Below, in pieces: positions 10,079 to 20,296 of a stretch of 64,000 bases of DNA (its first letter is position 1; each line of letters opens with the position of its first letter). The notes beneath the pieces were generated by a model. The model worked only from the letters and a program-made list of their open reading frames with translations, was not told the origin of the DNA and ran no database searches. This DNA is from Alphaproteobacteria bacterium. GTDB taxonomy: Bacteria > Pseudomonadota > Alphaproteobacteria > UBA828. The DNA is taken from NCBI GenBank assembly GCA_965221125.1, contig CBDCRW010000005.1, forward strand, positions 640,001 through 704,000, written 5' to 3'. Both the position numbers and the translations under genes were made by a program.

Positions 10079-11035
10079 ATGCGGAAAATCCTCGTCACCG
10101 GGGCGCTGGGGCAGATCGGCGCCGAGCTCGTGCCGGAACTCAGGCGGCGCCACGGCGCCGACAACGTCATCGCGTCCGGCTGGCGGCGGCGGGACGTGGG
10201 GACGGTCGTTGACGGCGGGCCGTTCGAGATCGTCGACTGCACGAAGCCGGGCGACATCGCGGCCGTCGTCGAGAGGCACGAGATCGGCACCATCTACCAC
10301 ATGCCGGCGTTCCTCTCGGTGCTCGGCGAGGAGAAGCCGGAAGACGCCTGGGCGCTCAACCTCGGCGGCTACGCCAACGCGCTGGAGGTGGCGCGCCGCC
10401 ACGATTGCGCGGTGTTCTTCCCGAGCTCCATCGGCGCCTTCGGGCCGGGCACGCCGCTCCAGAACACGCCGCAGGACACGATCCAGCGGCCGAACACCAT
10501 CTACGGCGTCTCCAAGGTCGCGGGCGAGCTGCTCGGCGACTACTACCACGCGCGCTTCGGGCTGGACACGCGGGGCCTCAGGCTGCCCGGTCTAATCTCC
10601 CACGTGGCGCTGCCGGGGGGCGGCACCACGGATTACGCGGTCCACATCTTCTACGACGCGCTGAAGGAGGGGCGCTACACCTGCTTCCTGCGCCCCGATT
10701 CCCGCCTCGACATGATGTACATGCCGGATGCGGTCGCCGCGATCCTCGACCTGATGGACGCCGATCCCGCCGAGCTCCGCCACCGCAACGCCTTCAACGT
10801 GAGCGCCATGAGCTTCACGCCGGAAGAGCTTGCCGCCGAGATCCGCCGCCACGTCCCCGGCTTCGAGATCGACTACGAGGTCGACCCGCTCAAGCAGGCC
10901 ATCGCGGATTCCTGGCCGGACTGGATGGACGACAGCGCCGCTCGCGAGGAGTGGGGCTGGCAGCCCCGCTACGACCTAGCCGCCATGACGGCGGAGATGA
11001 TCGGGACGCTCCGGCGGAAGCAAGACCTCGCCTGA
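10079..11035 (+). CDS. NAD-dependent epimerase/dehydratase, L-threonine 3-dehydrogenase-like (extended SDR)
   Basis: TGALGQIG, PSSIGAFG, YGVSK, PGGGTTDYAV, QAIADSWP motifs typical of SDR-type TDH. Confidence 0.85.
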   Translation: MRKILVTGALGQIGAELVPELRRRHGADNVIASGWRRRDVGTVVDGGPFEIVDCTKPGDIAAVVERHEIGTIYHMPAFLSVLGEEKPEDAWALNLGGYANALEVARRHDCAVFFPSSIGAFGPGTPLQNTPQDTIQRPNTIYGVSKVAGELLGDYYHARFGLDTRGLRLPGLISHVALPGGGTTDYAVHIFYDALKEGRYTCFLRPDSRLDMMYMPDAVAAILDLMDADPAELRHRNAFNVSAMSFTPEELAAEIRRHVPGFEIDYEVDPLKQAIADSWPDWMDDSAAREEWGWQPRYDLAAMTAEMIGTLRRKQDLA

Positions 11036-11695
11036 GGCAGCGGGGCGCGAACGGTCGGGACGCTCCGGCGGCAGCGCCACGTCGCCCGAAGCCGTCCGGC
11101 GGGGGAACGCTCGCTCCCCGAACCCCCAGCTGCGCACGGGGCCCACGTCGATGTGCACGAAGTCGGACGCCCGGTAGAGGCCAACGCCGCCCCGCCGCAG
11201 GTCGACCGCCACCCGCCACACCGCCTCGGAGGCGATGCCGGGCACCCTGATGTCGGCGGCCATGCCGATCGTGTGCAGCGAGTTGCGGGCGACGCCCCTG
11301 CCGTTGGCGCGGAGCCACGCGTTGGTCCCCGCCGAGCGGTAGCCCGAGACGAGATCGATCCGCGCGGGCCTCTCCAGCGCCTTCCACAGGAAGAAGAGCT
11401 GATCGAGCACGCCGTAGAAGATCGGCTCGACCTCGCCGTTGCGGCGGTCGCGAAACAGGTAGCTGTAGGCATCCAGCGCGTGCCGGTCGTAGGCGCGGTC
11501 GCGCCAGTAGACGAGATCGCGCCTCTCGCCGGTCCACAGGTTGCGGATCGGCACCCGGCGCTCGGCGTCGTCCAGAAAGCTCCGCGCGCCGGCCGCGCCG
11601 GGAGATGCTGCAAGGCCGAGCAGGGCCGCCGCTCCGGCCGCACAGAATTCCCGACGGGCGAGGCGCCTGCCCCGCGCCCCTCCCCGGTCGCGCAT
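10976..11695 (-). CDS. YcbK/DUF882 (peptidase M15 family) murein endopeptidase-like protein, Tat signal
   Basis: RREF twin-arginine leader, SGYRS..TN, NSLH..GMAAD, GGVGLY...FVHIDVG; start chosen at ATG 11695. Confidence 0.85.
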   Translation of the reverse strand: MRDRGGARGRRLARREFCAAGAAALLGLAASPGAAGARSFLDDAERRVPIRNLWTGERRDLVYWRDRAYDRHALDAYSYLFRDRRNGEVEPIFYGVLDQLFFLWKALERPARIDLVSGYRSAGTNAWLRANGRGVARNSLHTIGMAADIRVPGIASEAVWRVAVDLRRGGVGLYRASDFVHIDVGPVRSWGFGERAFPRRTASGDVALPPERPDRSRPAASGEVLLPPERPDHLRRHGG

Positions 11696-11823
11696 TCCGC
11701 AGCCTAACACGGTGCCCACCCTTGAGTGCAGAGGCGGGCGTGCCTTGCCGGCCTGGCGCCGCATCGGCGATACTGCCGGCCTTCCTCAGCACCCCAATCC
11801 GCCGACCGAAGGGATTCCATACC

Positions 11824-13314
11824 ATGAGCACCGCCGCCGCCGAGATCGTGAAGGGCGTCTTCCTCCAGGACCAGTCGCTGTTCCGCCAGCAATGCTACGT
11901 GGACGGCAAGTGGCTGGATGCCAAGTCGGGGCGGACCACCGACGTGGTGAACCCGGCCGACGGCAACGTGATCGGCACCGTGCCGGCGTTCTCCGCCGCC
12001 GAGACCCGCGCCGCCATCGAGGCGGCGAACCGGGCCTTCCCCGCGTGGCGGGCCAAGACCGCCAAGGAGCGCGCCCAGATCCTGCGCAAGTGGTACGACC
12101 TGATGATGGCGAACCAGGAGGATCTCGCCATCATCATGACCGCCGAGCAGGGCAAGCCCATGGCGGAATCGCGGGGCGAGATCGGCTACGGCGGCTCCTT
12201 CATCGAGTGGTTCGCGGAGGAGGGCAAGCGCGCCTACGGCGACGTGATCCCGCCGCACCTGAGCGACCGGCGCATCGTGGTGACCAAGGAGCCGGTGGGC
12301 GTCGTCGGCATGATCACGCCGTGGAACTTCCCGAACGCCATGATCACCCGCAAGGCCGGGCCCGCGCTGGCCGCCGGCTGCACCGTGATCGCGCGCCCCG
12401 CCACGGCGACGCCGTTCTCGGCGCTGGCACTCTGCGAGCTGGGCGAGCGCGCCGGCATCCCGCCCGGCGTCTTCAACGTCATCACCGGCCCGTCCGGCGA
12501 GACCGGCGGCGAGATGACCGCCAACCCCATCGTGCGCAAGCTCTCCTTTACCGGCTCGACCGAGGTGGGGAAGATCCTGCTCGAGCAGTGCGCGCACACG
12601 GTGAAGAAGGTCTCGATGGAGCTCGGCGGCAACGCGCCCTTCATCGTCTTCGACGATGCCGACATGGAGTCCGCCGTGAGCGGCGCCATGATGTCCAAGT
12701 ACCGCAACACGGGCCAGACCTGCGTCTGCGCCAACCGCTTCCTGGTGCAGGGCGGCGTCTACGACACCTTCGCCGAGCGCCTGGCCGAGGCGTCGTCGAA
12801 GCTCGTCGTCGGCCCCGGCCTCGAAGGCGAGACCCAGCAGGGGCCGCTGATCGACGCGGACGCCGTCGCCAAGGTCGAGGAGCACATCCAGGACGCCGTC
12901 GACAAGGGCGCCGAGGTGATCCAGGGCGGCAAGCGCCATCCGCTCGGCGGCAACTTCTTCGAGCCCACCGTGATCGCCAACGTGAACACCCAGATGAAGG
13001 TCGCCCGCGAGGAGACCTTCGGCCCGCTCGCGCCGATCTTCCGCTTCGAGACCGACGACGAGGCGGTGCAGCTCGCCAACGACACCGAGTTCGGCCTCGC
13101 GGCCTACTTCTACAGCCGCGACATAGGGCGCATCTGGCGGGTGGCCGAGCAGCTCGAATACGGCATCGTCGGCATCAACACCGGGATCATCTCGACCGAG
13201 GTGGCGCCCTTCGGCGGCATGAAGGAATCCGGCATCGGCCGCGAGGGCTCGCACTACGGCCTCGATGAGTTCCTCGAGGTCAAGTACATGTGCATGGGCG
13301 ACATCGACAAGTAG
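11824..13314 (+). CDS. gabD: NADP-dependent succinate-semialdehyde dehydrogenase
   Basis: ITPWNFP, SFTGST, MELGGNAPF, GQTCVC, EETFGP, PFGGMKESGIGREGS. Confidence 0.9.
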   Translation: MSTAAAEIVKGVFLQDQSLFRQQCYVDGKWLDAKSGRTTDVVNPADGNVIGTVPAFSAAETRAAIEAANRAFPAWRAKTAKERAQILRKWYDLMMANQEDLAIIMTAEQGKPMAESRGEIGYGGSFIEWFAEEGKRAYGDVIPPHLSDRRIVVTKEPVGVVGMITPWNFPNAMITRKAGPALAAGCTVIARPATATPFSALALCELGERAGIPPGVFNVITGPSGETGGEMTANPIVRKLSFTGSTEVGKILLEQCAHTVKKVSMELGGNAPFIVFDDADMESAVSGAMMSKYRNTGQTCVCANRFLVQGGVYDTFAERLAEASSKLVVGPGLEGETQQGPLIDADAVAKVEEHIQDAVDKGAEVIQGGKRHPLGGNFFEPTVIANVNTQMKVAREETFGPLAPIFRFETDDEAVQLANDTEFGLAAYFYSRDIGRIWRVAEQLEYGIVGINTGIISTEVAPFGGMKESGIGREGSHYGLDEFLEVKYMCMGDIDK

Positions 13315-13367
13315 CCGCGCTCCGAGCGCCGCGAAGCGACGAGCGCGAGAGAGCCCCGCTTGCGGCG

Positions 13368-14060
13368 GTGACCGCCCGCTACGCCATCTACGTCGCACCC
13401 GATGCCGGCTCGCCGCTCGCGCGATTCGGCGCCGCCTGGCTCGGGCGCGATGCCGAGACCGGCGCGCGCGTGAGGCGGCCCGCGGTCGAGGGTTTTGGCG
13501 ACGAACGACTGGAACGGATCACCGAGACGCCGCGCGGCTACGGCTTTCACGCGACGCTGGCGCCGCCCATGCGGCTCGCCGATGGCTGCACGCCCGGCAT
13601 GCTCGACGACGCGCTCACCGCATTCGCCGCCGGGCGCGCGCCGTTCCTGGCACCGCCGTTGCGTCTCTCGCCCATGAAGGGGTTTCTCGCCTTGCTGCTC
13701 TCGGCCGAGAGCGACGCCATGCAGGCGCTCGAAGACGATACGATCCGCACCTTCGAGCGCTTCCGCACACCGCCGAACGCCGCCGAGCTTGCACGGGGCG
13801 CGGACGAAGGGCTCACGCCGCGCCAGGAGGCCCTGTTCCGCGCGTGGGGCTACCCCTACGTGCTGGACGAGTTCCGCTTCCACATGACGCTCTCGTGCGA
13901 GCTCGATGCGCCCGAGCTGCAGGTGTTGCAGACGGCGCTCGCGCCGCTCGCGGCGCCCCATTGCGCCCGGCCGCTCGAAGTAGGCGGGATCGCGCTGTTC
14001 GAGCAGGCGACGCAGGACGCACCCTTCATGCTCGCCGGGCGCTACCCGTTCACGGCCTGA
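13368..14060 (+). CDS. DUF1045-like 2H phosphoesterase-fold protein
   Basis: RYAIY, YGFHATL and RFHMTL (two HxT motifs), WGYPYV. Confidence 0.8.
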   Translation: MTARYAIYVAPDAGSPLARFGAAWLGRDAETGARVRRPAVEGFGDERLERITETPRGYGFHATLAPPMRLADGCTPGMLDDALTAFAAGRAPFLAPPLRLSPMKGFLALLLSAESDAMQALEDDTIRTFERFRTPPNAAELARGADEGLTPRQEALFRAWGYPYVLDEFRFHMTLSCELDAPELQVLQTALAPLAAPHCARPLEVGGIALFEQATQDAPFMLAGRYPFTA

Positions 14061-14099
14061 CCGCGCGCCCGGCGCCCGCCCGACGAGGCCGGATGCGCC

Positions 14100-14921
14100 C
14101 TACGCGGCCTCCTCGGCGTCCGCCGGCTCGGCGCTGCTGCCCGGCAGGCAGCCGCCGCAGACGGTAAGCTCCTGCGCCGTGATGTGGCGGCCGCGCTCGC
14201 TCGCGAGGAAGACCGCCATGTCGGCGACGGAATCGGTAGTGACCAGCGCGCCCAGCATGTTGGCGCGCATGTTCTGCGCGTAGTGGGTCTCGTAGTCGAG
14301 GCCGAGATCGGCGGCGAGGCCGCGGTGCGCGTCCTGCGCCATCCTGGTCTCGACCCAGCCGGGGCAGATGGCGTTGACGCGGACGCCCACGCCGCCCACC
14401 TCGTCCGCGAGACAGTGCATGAATGCGTTCAGCCCGTTCTTGGTCATCGCGTAGGCACCCCAGCCGGCCGAGTAGGCGCCGGCCGCGATCGACGAGACGA
14501 AGATGATCGACGCGCCCGCGCCGGAAGCGCGGATCGCCGGCAGCGACGCCTGGGTCGCGAGAAAGGCAGAAGTGAGGTTGGTCTCCACCATGCTGTCCCA
14601 ACTGGCGAGGTCCATCTCGGCCACCGGCTTGCGGATGAAGGTCCCGGCGTTGTTGACCAGGATGTCGAGGCCGCCGAGGCGCTCGATGGCGGCGGCGCAC
14701 ATGCGAGAAATGGCGGCGCGGTCGCGAAGGTCGGCTGCGGCGGCGAAGGCACGGCCTCCCGACGCCTCGATCGCGTCCACGGTCGGCCTGGCGCGCTCGT
14801 CGCTCCGGGCATGTACGGCGACATGCGCGCCCTCCCGCGCGAAGGCTTCGGCGATGGCGGCGCCGATGCCGCTTGCCGCCCCGGTAACCAGGGCGCGGCG
14901 GCCCTGAAGAGAAGTCTCCAT
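14100..14921 (-). CDS. Short-chain dehydrogenase/reductase
   Basis: TGAASGIG, NNAG, YAMTK, VNAICPG; RBS gggag before ATG 14921. Confidence 0.9.
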   Translation of the reverse strand: METSLQGRRALVTGAASGIGAAIAEAFAREGAHVAVHARSDERARPTVDAIEASGGRAFAAAADLRDRAAISRMCAAAIERLGGLDILVNNAGTFIRKPVAEMDLASWDSMVETNLTSAFLATQASLPAIRASGAGASIIFVSSIAAGAYSAGWGAYAMTKNGLNAFMHCLADEVGGVGVRVNAICPGWVETRMAQDAHRGLAADLGLDYETHYAQNMRANMLGALVTTDSVADMAVFLASERGRHITAQELTVCGGCLPGSSAEPADAEEAA

Positions 14922-15076
14922 TCTGGTCTCCCTGCGATGCTGCGTGTCGGTCCGGGACGGCGGCCCGGCCGGCCGCCAAATGGGGATCGAACAGGCGAGT
15001 TGCGCTATTGCCTCGCGGTCATGATGATCCGCTTCGCGCAATCATGCCAGAGACGAGGGACGACGGGGGAGCCGCG

Positions 15077-16099
15077 ATGGCGACGGAAACACCGTTTCAA
15101 GTGAGAGAGGGTATGCATGCGCCGGCGGTGCGCCGCGCGACTGCCGCCGAGGTGCCGGTCGTCGATTTCGGCGCGCTCTATTCGCCGAGCGTGGCCGAGC
15201 GCAAGACCATGGCGCGGGCGATCCGCGCGGCCTGCGAAGGCCCCGGCTTCTTCTACATCGTGAACCATCAGTTTCCGCAGGCGGTGATATTGCGCGCGCA
15301 GGCCGCCATGGAGCGGTTCTTCGCGCTGCCGGTCGCCCGGAAGATGCGCAACCACTATCTCGACTGGCCCAATCACCGGGGCTACGTGCCCTCGGGCGGG
15401 ATCACCGCCGACCACAGCCTCGAAGGCTCCAGCGACATCTCAGAGGCCATCGAGATGGCGCACGACCTGCCGGCGGACGATCCCGACCACGTGCGCGGCA
15501 TCCGCTTCTACGGCCCCAACAACTGGCCTCAGGAGCCCGCCGACTTTCGCTGGGCGCTCGGCACCTATTTCGACTGCCAGCTGGAGCTGGGCCGCCAGCT
15601 CTTCCGCGCCTTCGAGTACGCCCTCGATCTGGAGGAGGGGTACTTCACCGCCAAGTACACCAAGCCGCTGGCGCGCCTCCGCGTCTGCTACTACGAGCCG
15701 CAGCCGGAGCCCCTCGACATCGCTCACATCGGGCTCGGCGCGCATACCGACTACGAGTGCTTCACCACCGTCTGGCAGGACCGCGAGGGGTTGCAGATGC
15801 TGAGCCGCGACGGCGAGTGGCTGATCCTGCCGCCGGTGGACGGCAGCTTCGCCGTCAACCTCGGCGACCTCATGCAGCAGTGGACGAACGACCTGTTCGT
15901 CTCGACCATGCACAGGGTCATCAACACCTCGGGCCGCAGGCGCTACTCGCTCGTGCAGTTCTTCGGCGTCGATTACGACGTGGAGGTCGAGGCGATCCCC
16001 GGCTGCGCCGGCCCGAACAACCCCTGGCGCTACGAGTCAATAAAAGCGGGCGACCACTCGGAGAGAATGGTCGCCCGCACGTACCACTACGACGAGTAG
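15077..16099 (+). CDS. 2-oxoglutarate/Fe(II)-dependent dioxygenase (IPNS-like)
   Basis: GFFYIVNH, HTD...H triad (AHTDY, MHRV), RYS 2OG-binding motif. Confidence 0.9.
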   Translation: MATETPFQVREGMHAPAVRRATAAEVPVVDFGALYSPSVAERKTMARAIRAACEGPGFFYIVNHQFPQAVILRAQAAMERFFALPVARKMRNHYLDWPNHRGYVPSGGITADHSLEGSSDISEAIEMAHDLPADDPDHVRGIRFYGPNNWPQEPADFRWALGTYFDCQLELGRQLFRAFEYALDLEEGYFTAKYTKPLARLRVCYYEPQPEPLDIAHIGLGAHTDYECFTTVWQDREGLQMLSRDGEWLILPPVDGSFAVNLGDLMQQWTNDLFVSTMHRVINTSGRRRYSLVQFFGVDYDVEVEAIPGCAGPNNPWRYESIKAGDHSERMVARTYHYDE

Positions 16100-16114
16100 A
16101 GAGTCAGCGACTCC

Positions 16115-17014
16115 CTACTCGGCTTCGATCAACGAGACCTCTGCCCGGCGATTGCGGCCGTCGGCCACGTTGTCGCTGGTCTTGGCGATCGGCTCGGATT
16201 CGCCGAGGCCCTCTGCGTGGATCACGAAGCGCCCGGCCCCGTTCTCGATGAGGTAGCTCGCCACCGAGAGCGCACGCTGCTCCGAGAGCTTCATGTTGTA
16301 CGCGTCAGGCCCGGCCCGGTCGGTGTGGCCGCGGATGAGGATCTTGTAGGGCCTCATCTCCGTCGCGGTCGCCGCCGCTTCGTCCAGCGTCTGCATCGCG
16401 GCGCCCGAGAGATCCGAGCTGTCGAACTCGAAGAACACCACGTAGTAGGTGACGTAGCTGGGCTCGGGCTCAGGCTCGGGCTCAGGCTCGGGCGGCGGCG
16501 GAGGCCGCATCGCCACCTCGGCGGCAACCACCGAGCCGTAGAACGCGTTGCGGCATTCGGCGATGTCGTCGGGCTGGTGGCCTTCCTCCTGCTCCTGCAC
16601 CCAGCAGTCGAAGCTGAGCTGCGCGTGGGCTGCGGAGATGGGCGCCTTGCCCTTGCCGCTCCCGACCAGCATGGCCATGAGCCTGTTTCTCGCTTTCGCA
16701 AGCTCTTCCACCGCGTCGGCTGGAATCCGGCGCTCCTCCAGGGCGGTCGGCCGCACGTCGTCTCCCCTGGCCGCGACGGCCGCCTTTGCCGCGAAGTAGT
16801 CGGAATCCCGGTAGTCGTTCTCTCCAAGCTCGTTCGCGGAGAGCTCGATATAACCCGCATAGAGCTGCTGGTTGAACTCCGATCCCTGGGGATCGAGGCC
16901 CTGGACGCCTTCGAGCGCGACACCGCCGCACGCGCCGAGCATCGCGGCGATACCCGCGACCGCTGCGAGGCGAAGCCCGGTCGAAGAGACCTTGGTTCCC
17001 TTGAGCATTCTCAT
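16115..17014 (-). CDS. OmpA-family lipoprotein
   Basis: Lipobox LGAC, Pro/Glu linker PPPPPEPEPEPEPEP, FFEFDS, GHTDRAG..YN..LS..RA, NRRAEV. Confidence 0.9.
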   Translation of the reverse strand: MRMLKGTKVSSTGLRLAAVAGIAAMLGACGGVALEGVQGLDPQGSEFNQQLYAGYIELSANELGENDYRDSDYFAAKAAVAARGDDVRPTALEERRIPADAVEELAKARNRLMAMLVGSGKGKAPISAAHAQLSFDCWVQEQEEGHQPDDIAECRNAFYGSVVAAEVAMRPPPPPEPEPEPEPEPSYVTYYVVFFEFDSSDLSGAAMQTLDEAAATATEMRPYKILIRGHTDRAGPDAYNMKLSEQRALSVASYLIENGAGRFVIHAEGLGESEPIAKTSDNVADGRNRRAEVSLIEAE

Positions 17015-17114
17015 TCGTTGCCTCCCGTGCTGTCACTCGGACTATAGCGCGATCCACCGCACCGCATAAAGCACGATGACAGGTGAATTTGGGCATTTTG
17101 AGGCGGACGGAACC

Positions 17115-19204
17115 CAGGAACATTTTTTAGTCATGGCTGAGAGGGCGGGATGACCGAGAGCGGGCAGGCTTGGGCCGATGAAGGTCCTGGCCGAGCTTGG
17201 CTGGGCGGCTGCATGGGGTCCGCGGGGGCCGGTAGGGCTCGGTTTTCGGGCTCGCCGGGCAAAGCGATCCCGCCGCGCCGTTCGACGGCGCGTCCCGTCG
17301 CGCTCTGCGACGCGGTTACGCCCGCAGGATCATGCAGCGGGCGCGATCAGGATCGCGTCGAGAGCCTCCTGGGCGCGGGCGGCATAATGCCGGTTGGCCT
17401 CGGGCAGGAAGCGGAAGCGCCCGTCGCAGCGCACGATGGCGATGGCCGCGTTGGTCAGGCAGGAGAGATTGCGCGGCAGGTGGCGCACGTACGCCCGGCA
17501 GCGGTCTTCGTCATAGGTGAAGTCGCGCACGTAGTGCAGCCGGTTCTCGATGTGCCAGTGATTGCGGACCAGAGCCAGAAGCTCCTCGGGCCCGGCGCGG
17601 TCTGCGCCGAGCGAGGTCAGGCTCCAGGTCACCTCGACGCTGCGCTCGCCGGTCTTGAGGATCTCGCGCTCGCGTTCGATGCGCATCGCCTGGCGGCGTC
17701 CGTGAAGGTTGGCGTAGCCGTCCCATTCGGCAGCGGAGAGGTCGACGACGGCGCAGCGGCGGCGCTCGATGCGGCCATGGCCCTTGTCGACGGTTTCGTG
17801 CCAGGGCGCGTCGGAGAAGTCGATCGCCTTGAGGTCTTCGAGGATGGTCTCCTGATTGTCCTTCACCGCGGTGACCACGTAGTCGGCGCGACGCCCGAGC
17901 AGGCAGCGCGCGGTCTCGTGCTGGGCGTGCATCGCATCGAGGGTGACGGTCCGGCCTGCGAGGTCGAGACTGCTGGAGAGTTCGCGCACGGCGGGGATCT
18001 CGTTGCTCTTTCTATCGACCTCGACCTGTCCCAGGACCATGCCGGTCTTGTGCACCAGCGCCGCGACCATCATGCGCCGCCCGTCTTCGGTCTGCTTCGA
18101 GGCGCCGCGCAGGTCCTTTCCGTCCATGGCGACCGGGGCGTGCGCGCCGTCGTGCTGGCCGGTCCACCGGCCGATGGCGTTGTCCAGCGTCTCCGGCGGC
18201 AGGGCGGCGAGGATGTTGTGGAAGGTGGTGATCGCGGGCGCGGTGTAGCGCTTCTTCGAAGGGCTCCAGAACGCGCCGACCGCCTCGAGCTGCTCCTGCG
18301 AGAGCAGGGCGGCGAACTGGGCGAAGGCTGTCGAGCCCCGGTAGCCGGCAAGGCGGGCGGCGACGGCAACCGCCAGCACGGTCTTCAAGGGATAGCGCTT
18401 GCCCCGGGCATGGCGGCACTCGGGCACCTCGCCCAGGCACTCGAACAGGCTGCGCAGCCGGGGCGCCGTCATCGGCTCGCTGTGTTGCTCGGCGTTCCAG
18501 TTCGCCGGGATCTCGGCCCGGCTCAGCGCTTCGGCGGCGCCATCGCTAAGTTCGAACACGAAGACCTCCTTGGGCTGGCCGTGGTGGCGCCAGCGCGGAG
18601 CAGCTCCGGGGTCACGGGCAAAGCCGCGCGTCATCCCCAGCGAGCGCCAGTTCGACGCGCGGTAGCAGGTGCCGGCGAAGCGCGCGGGATCGACGAAGGT
18701 CTCGGCCAGGAGCGCCGGGTATCCATGCACCGCCTGGGTGTCCGCAGACAGCCGCCGCAGGCTCAGCCCCAGAACCCGCGAGGCCAGGTTGGGAACCCGC
18801 TCAGGCGTCAGGATCACGAAGCGCGAGTTGTTCGCGATCAGATGCAGGCGCCGGAACTGCTGCTCCGCCGACCAGCCGATCCAGCGGTCGCGCGCGGCCA
18901 GCTTGAACGCGCCCGGCTGCCAGCCGATCAGGGCGAGCCAGGTCTCGCCATGCACCGCGACATGGCGCAGCCCCTTGCCGACGACGCCGTGGAATCGCAG
19001 GTAGTGGTGCTCCTCCACCAGCCGGTCCCAGCGCCGGTGCTCCCGCGCGCCCCAGGTCGGGCGCACCGTGACCGCACGCAGATCAATGGACGAATCCAGG
19101 CCCGGCAACGTCGCCATGGCCGCTACACTGCCACAGCGAAAACGAAATGACCAGCGCCGCGATCACCTCACGCCGCTCGCCGGGCGGACAAAAAACGAGC
19201 CCTG
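17115..19204 (-). mobile_element. ISAs1-family insertion sequence with 10-bp target duplication
   Basis: Direct repeat GGACGGAACC at 17105-17114 and 19205-19214; imperfect terminal IRs CAGGAACATTTTTTAGTC / CAGGGCTCGTTTTTTGTC. Confidence 0.85.
17330..19117 (-). CDS. ISAs1-family transposase with N-terminal DUF4338 (DruA-like) domain
   Basis: N-term HHYL, RDRWIGW, NNSRF, NLASRVL, ETFVD, GTCYRASNW; C-term AMDGK, KSNEIPA, TLDAMH, VKDNQ, RNHWHIEN.LHYVRD. Confidence 0.9.
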   Translation of the reverse strand: MATLPGLDSSIDLRAVTVRPTWGAREHRRWDRLVEEHHYLRFHGVVGKGLRHVAVHGETWLALIGWQPGAFKLAARDRWIGWSAEQQFRRLHLIANNSRFVILTPERVPNLASRVLGLSLRRLSADTQAVHGYPALLAETFVDPARFAGTCYRASNWRSLGMTRGFARDPGAAPRWRHHGQPKEVFVFELSDGAAEALSRAEIPANWNAEQHSEPMTAPRLRSLFECLGEVPECRHARGKRYPLKTVLAVAVAARLAGYRGSTAFAQFAALLSQEQLEAVGAFWSPSKKRYTAPAITTFHNILAALPPETLDNAIGRWTGQHDGAHAPVAMDGKDLRGASKQTEDGRRMMVAALVHKTGMVLGQVEVDRKSNEIPAVRELSSSLDLAGRTVTLDAMHAQHETARCLLGRRADYVVTAVKDNQETILEDLKAIDFSDAPWHETVDKGHGRIERRRCAVVDLSAAEWDGYANLHGRRQAMRIEREREILKTGERSVEVTWSLTSLGADRAGPEELLALVRNHWHIENRLHYVRDFTYDEDRCRAYVRHLPRNLSCLTNAAIAIVRCDGRFRFLPEANRHYAARAQEALDAILIAPAA

Positions 19205-19291
19205 GGACGGAACCGCTGCCGCTCGACAACATCGACAATTCCGCCTAGATCACAAGCGACCAGAGCAACGCAACCAGACCGGAGGCGCGCC

Positions 19292-20296
19292 ATGCTGCAG
19301 AGGCTCCTCGTTCCCGTCCTTCTCGCCGGTGCGCTCGCCGCGCCCGCCGCCGCCGAGGAGGACTCGCGCTATTCCGAATGGCGCGCGGACGGCGCCGAGG
19401 CCGAGGGCACGGACGCGCTCGACGCGCTGGCGCGGGAGCTCGAGGCCCTGATCGACGATGCCGAGAAGGCGCGGGCGGCGGATCCGCGCTTCCTCCAGGA
19501 CCTGCGCGACATGATCGCGGCCCACGTCGCCGAGGCCGCGCCGCGCGAAGCCCTGATCCGCGACGACTTCTCGGATGGCGACTACACGGACGATCCGAGC
19601 TGGGAGGTGGTGAGCGGCGAGTTCTCGGTCGAGGGCAGGCTCGGTTTGCGCACGACGATCCCGCTGAGCGGCGCCGATGCGGAGACGATGAGGATCTCCC
19701 TCGACACCATCATGGAGACCAAGGACGAGCTGCTCGACAAGGGCGGCGCGCTGCTCGACAAGGGCAAGGACACGGTCACCGACTTGCTGAGCGGCGAGAA
19801 GACCTTTGGCGACCTCCTGGGCGGCGACGACGACGAGGAGGCGAAGGAGGACACCGGGCCGGCCGGGCCGGAGCCTGCGGTGATCGTCCTCGACGCGGAC
19901 ATCCCCAACGCCTTCGCCCTCGAGGTGGAGATGATGTCGGGGATCGCGCACAGGGACGCCCAGTTCGAGGTCGACCTGTTTCAGGGCAGAGGCGGGGCTT
20001 CGGGCTATCGCCTCGCCTACATGGCGGGCGACGATCCCGGCCTCACGCTCTCGCGCTTCAGCCGGCGGGGCGCGGAGGTGATCGGCGAGCATGACGATGC
20101 GCTCGCTCTCGAAGACGGTGAAAGCCACACGCTCGCTCTCGTGCGCGAGGGCGACGGGACGATGACCGCGACGGTCGATGGCGCCGAGCTGATCCGGGTG
20201 AAGAGCAGCGCGCTGGAGGATCCCTTCGACGGCCTCTCCCTCGTCAACGGCGGCGGCGACTACGCCATCCGCAGCATCGCGGTCTATGGCGAGTAG
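19292..20296 (+). CDS. Hypothetical secreted protein (beta-rich, acidic)
   Basis: Signal peptide, RBS ggagg, DDFSDGDYTDDPSW motif; family not recognised. Confidence 0.7.
   Translation: MLQRLLVPVLLAGALAAPAAAEEDSRYSEWRADGAEAEGTDALDALARELEALIDDAEKARAADPRFLQDLRDMIAAHVAEAAPREALIRDDFSDGDYTDDPSWEVVSGEFSVEGRLGLRTTIPLSGADAETMRISLDTIMETKDELLDKGGALLDKGKDTVTDLLSGEKTFGDLLGGDDDEEAKEDTGPAGPEPAVIVLDADIPNAFALEVEMMSGIAHRDAQFEVDLFQGRGGASGYRLAYMAGDDPGLTLSRFSRRGAEVIGEHDDALALEDGESHTLALVREGDGTMTATVDGAELIRVKSSALEDPFDGLSLVNGGGDYAIRSIAVYGE

Noticed and set aside
13368-14060. Phosphonate C-P lyase operon
   Set aside because: DUF1045-like gene is isolated; no phnG-M genes in the window
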